A DNA stretch of 63,950 bases, the filler included, from Octopus bimaculoides (taxonomy: Eukaryota), in NCBI RefSeq assembly GCF_001194135.2. It is 4 parts of 4 records of this genome, joined end to end, with 100 filler letters (N's around TTAATTAATTAA, not from the genome) between each part and the next. Parts side by side here need not be neighbours in the genome. Positions count along the whole stretch, not along the records: positions 53,789 to 61,724 come from NC_068982.1; positions 61,825 to 63,950 come from NC_069001.1; 2 more parts are not named here. One strand, given 5' to 3'. Below the pieces are notes generated by a model. It had not been told where the DNA came from and made no database searches. It worked only from the letters and a program-made list of their open reading frames with translations. The number at the start of each line of letters is the position of its first letter. Positions within the stretch are counted from its first letter, which is position 1. A program made the translations under genes and the position numbers. Positions 61,697 to 63,950 of this stretch are shown in pieces.

Positions 61697-61724
61697 TGCA
61701 CAACAAATATTCATTTCTACTCTA

Positions 61725-61824
61725 NNNNNNNNNNNNNNNNNNNNNNNNNNNNNNNNNNNNNNNNNNNNTTAATTAATTAANNNNNNNNNNNNNNNNNNNN
61801 NNNNNNNNNNNNNNNNNNNNNNNN
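61725..61824. other. artificial 100-nt scaffold joiner
   Basis: 44 N + TTAATTAATTAA + 44 N. Confidence 0.9.
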
Positions 61825-61996
61825 ACAAATATATATAACATACAGAAAATTGCACTACTGGGTACTGCACACATTCTACGCAAAACACTTTCAATACAGT
61901 AAACATAAGAGCACCACAGCAAACCACAGCACATACCCAAGGCGCACAGAGCTGCGCTCGGTAGTGAAGTGAAAGCACGTTATAAAAATAAAACTA

Positions 61997-62000
<4 letters not shown>
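61825..62000 (+). mobile_element. 3' end of a Dong-like LINE identical to 1638-1813, followed by (TAA)n(GAT)n
   Basis: No differences seen over 176 nt by eye. Confidence 0.9.
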
Positions 62001-62080
<80 letters not shown>

Positions 62081-62081
62081 A

Positions 62082-62127
<46 letters not shown>

Positions 62128-62128
<1 letters not shown>

Positions 62129-62790
62129 AGCCTAAACAGGGATTTATCATAGCGGCACAAGATCAGAGTCTCCTCACCCGGAATTATCAAGCTAATGTCA
62201 CACACAATGAGGTAGACACAAAATGTTGACTCTGTAATGACAAACTTGAGAGTATTGACCCATTATAAAATCAGGCATGATCGAGTTGGCCAATACTTGC
62301 ACTGGAGTATATGCCATCACTATGATATCCCGTACCCTAAGAACTGGTATGAACACCATCCAGAGCTATTCACTGAAGGTGAGAATATTACCATCCTATG
62401 GGATTACGGGATACATACAGACAGGCAAATAAATGATAACAGACCAGACATCGTCATCAAAGACATAAGACAAAAACATGGCTGTTAATTGATATGTCAG
62501 TGCCTACTGATAGAGACATCTCAGCAAAGGAATTGAGATATATAGGATGTGGCAATTGAAAACCAAAACCATCTCTGTTGTTGTAGGTGCCCTGGAAACG
62601 ATCAAGAAAGGTACTGACAAATTTTTTAACCAGATCCTTGGGAAGCCAGTAATCTATGAGACTCAAAAATTGTGTTGGCTTCAACCGCCCACATTCTCAG
62701 GAAGTTTCTCTCCATCTAATATATACGTGCCTTGCGTCTCTGGTTGAGACCGGGTCGGAAGATGAAATAAAATGCAAATGAATCAGAAAA
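62128..62790 (+). mobile_element. second Dong-like LINE 3' fragment, related to 19360-21800
   Basis: GFIIAAQDQSLLTRNYQANV, RHDRVGQYLHW, NRPDIV, VVGALET. Followed by (TAA)n. Confidence 0.85.
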
Positions 62791-62852
62791 TAATAATAAT
62801 AATAATAACAATAATAACAATGATAATAACAACAACAACAATAATAATAATA

Positions 62853-62900
<48 letters not shown>

Positions 62901-63159
62901 GTGATGATATTTTTTTTTCTTCATTAGTCACCGGGGCACGAAGAAATACAGAAAACTCAAAGAAACGTTAAATAAGGAGTTTAGAAGGATGTGCGGGGTC
63001 GGACGGGTGAATTATAGAAAGACCTATCGATCCTGAGCCAAACACACAAACTATTAGGTTCTGTGCCTTCACAGGATTGAAAATGAATGGGTGGGGGAGA
63101 CAAATTGCAATGTTATATTTATACAGGTACTACTCCTTTTTGCCAGTCCACAGCTGGCA

Positions 63160-63295
63160 AAAATGACCAGCCTTATCACATTCTGTGTCACACTGAATCT
63201 CCCTGAGAACTATGTTAAGTTTACGCGAGCCTGTGGAGTACTCAGCCACTTGCACGTTAATTTTACGATCAGGCTGTTCCGTTTGTCAACGTCAG
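63160..63295 (+). repeat. dispersed SINE-body fragment homologous to 17240-17400
   Basis: Shared TGTCACACTGAATC...CTGAGAA...GTTAA and CCACTT(G/A)C(A/G)(C/T)GTTAAT-like blocks. Confidence 0.55.
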
Positions 63296-63670
63296 CAGGT
63301 CGAAGAAAGAAGAAATATATGAATCCAAATTCTCTTTCGTCCACCTTTGAAGTGGGTGTGTTTCCCTAATATTTTTCGTGTGAGGATCCAATATTTCTCA
63401 GTTCCCTTAAACACCTTTTCTCACTCTCTTCATATTCTGCCATTTCGAGAATAATGACTTTAGCAATTTGTTATTTAAATGTAAAACCTCGTCCTACCCC
63501 TAACTACATTTTAGAACAAGGTTTCCTGACTGTGGTTTCCCAGCACCCTTGTGTTCTGGAAGTGATTGTTCAGGGCTTGCGAGAAAAAAAAATTGATAAA
63601 TACCTTAATTCTATGCAAAGGTATTTCTCATTAATTTTCTAATTAATTCCAAAATCGGAATTTTTATATA

Positions 63671-63878
63671 CGAGGAGTGCTGAAAAGTTCCTGGATTTGT
63701 GGAAAAGAAAATATAGGAGGATCAGCTAATTATGATTTTATTCAACATATTCCCCTCTAAGATTCACACACTTATTGCAGTAGTCCTTCTAAGCCCTGTA
63801 AAAGAACTCGGACGGTTGGGTCTTCAACCAAACCTTTCGTGATACCCTTAAAGCCAGGAACTTTTCATCACCCTCTCG
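63671..63878. mobile_element. mariner-derived MITE
   Basis: TA then TIR CGAGGAGTGCTGAAAAGTTCCTGGATTT. Right TIR AAAGCCAGGAACTTTTCATCACCCTCTCG. Confidence 0.8.
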
Positions 63879-63950
63879 CTCATGCCCGGGATGATGGAAA
63901 TCTTGACATCTGTGGCCCTCCCGGATATACCTTTCCCTTTGAGCCTTCCA

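Noticed and set aside
61697-61724. TSD that continues into a second SINE tail (possible tandem SINE)
   Set aside because: It ends at a synthetic joiner after 11 nt, so a tandem copy cannot be distinguished from an assembly edge effect.
279-62931. Dozens of ORFs of the MYVCMYVC / HTHTHT / YIYIYI / poly-L, -I, -S, -H type, and ORFs running through N gaps
   Set aside because: They are translations of di-, tri- and tetranucleotide microsatellites or of unknown bases, with no coding signal.
1-63950. CRISPR arrays, rRNA or prokaryotic operons
   Set aside because: No repeat-spacer arrays or rRNA-like sequence. The DNA is clearly eukaryotic and repeat-rich.

Overview
AT-rich, microsatellite-dense metazoan genomic DNA with many assembly gaps. 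The repeat landscape (tRNA-derived and CORE-like SINEs, (TA)/(CA)/(TATG)/(TAA) arrays) suggests an octopus; this is an inference, not a database result. One intact host gene is supported: a single-coding-exon 665-aa family-B (Methuselah-like) GPCR with an N-terminal somatomedin-B-like Cys-rich ectodomain (51481-53478). A paralog about 20 kb upstream (31203-33237) is broken by a single 4-bp duplication and is followed by a third, degenerate TM3-TM5 fragment. The rest is mostly transposon debris: R4/Dong-like and Hero-like RLE LINEs, RTE LINEs, three Penelope-like elements, mariner, hAT, several MITEs and at least 15 SINE pieces. The least routine signal is five hammerhead-ribozyme motifs from four element families. 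These include a ~304-nt retrozyme-like monomer with a degenerate type III hammerhead (16.2-16.5 kb) and a tRNA-headed SINE ending in a minimal hammerhead, with an inverted second tail (40.4-40.9 kb). All family assignments come from manual motif recognition; no searches were run.
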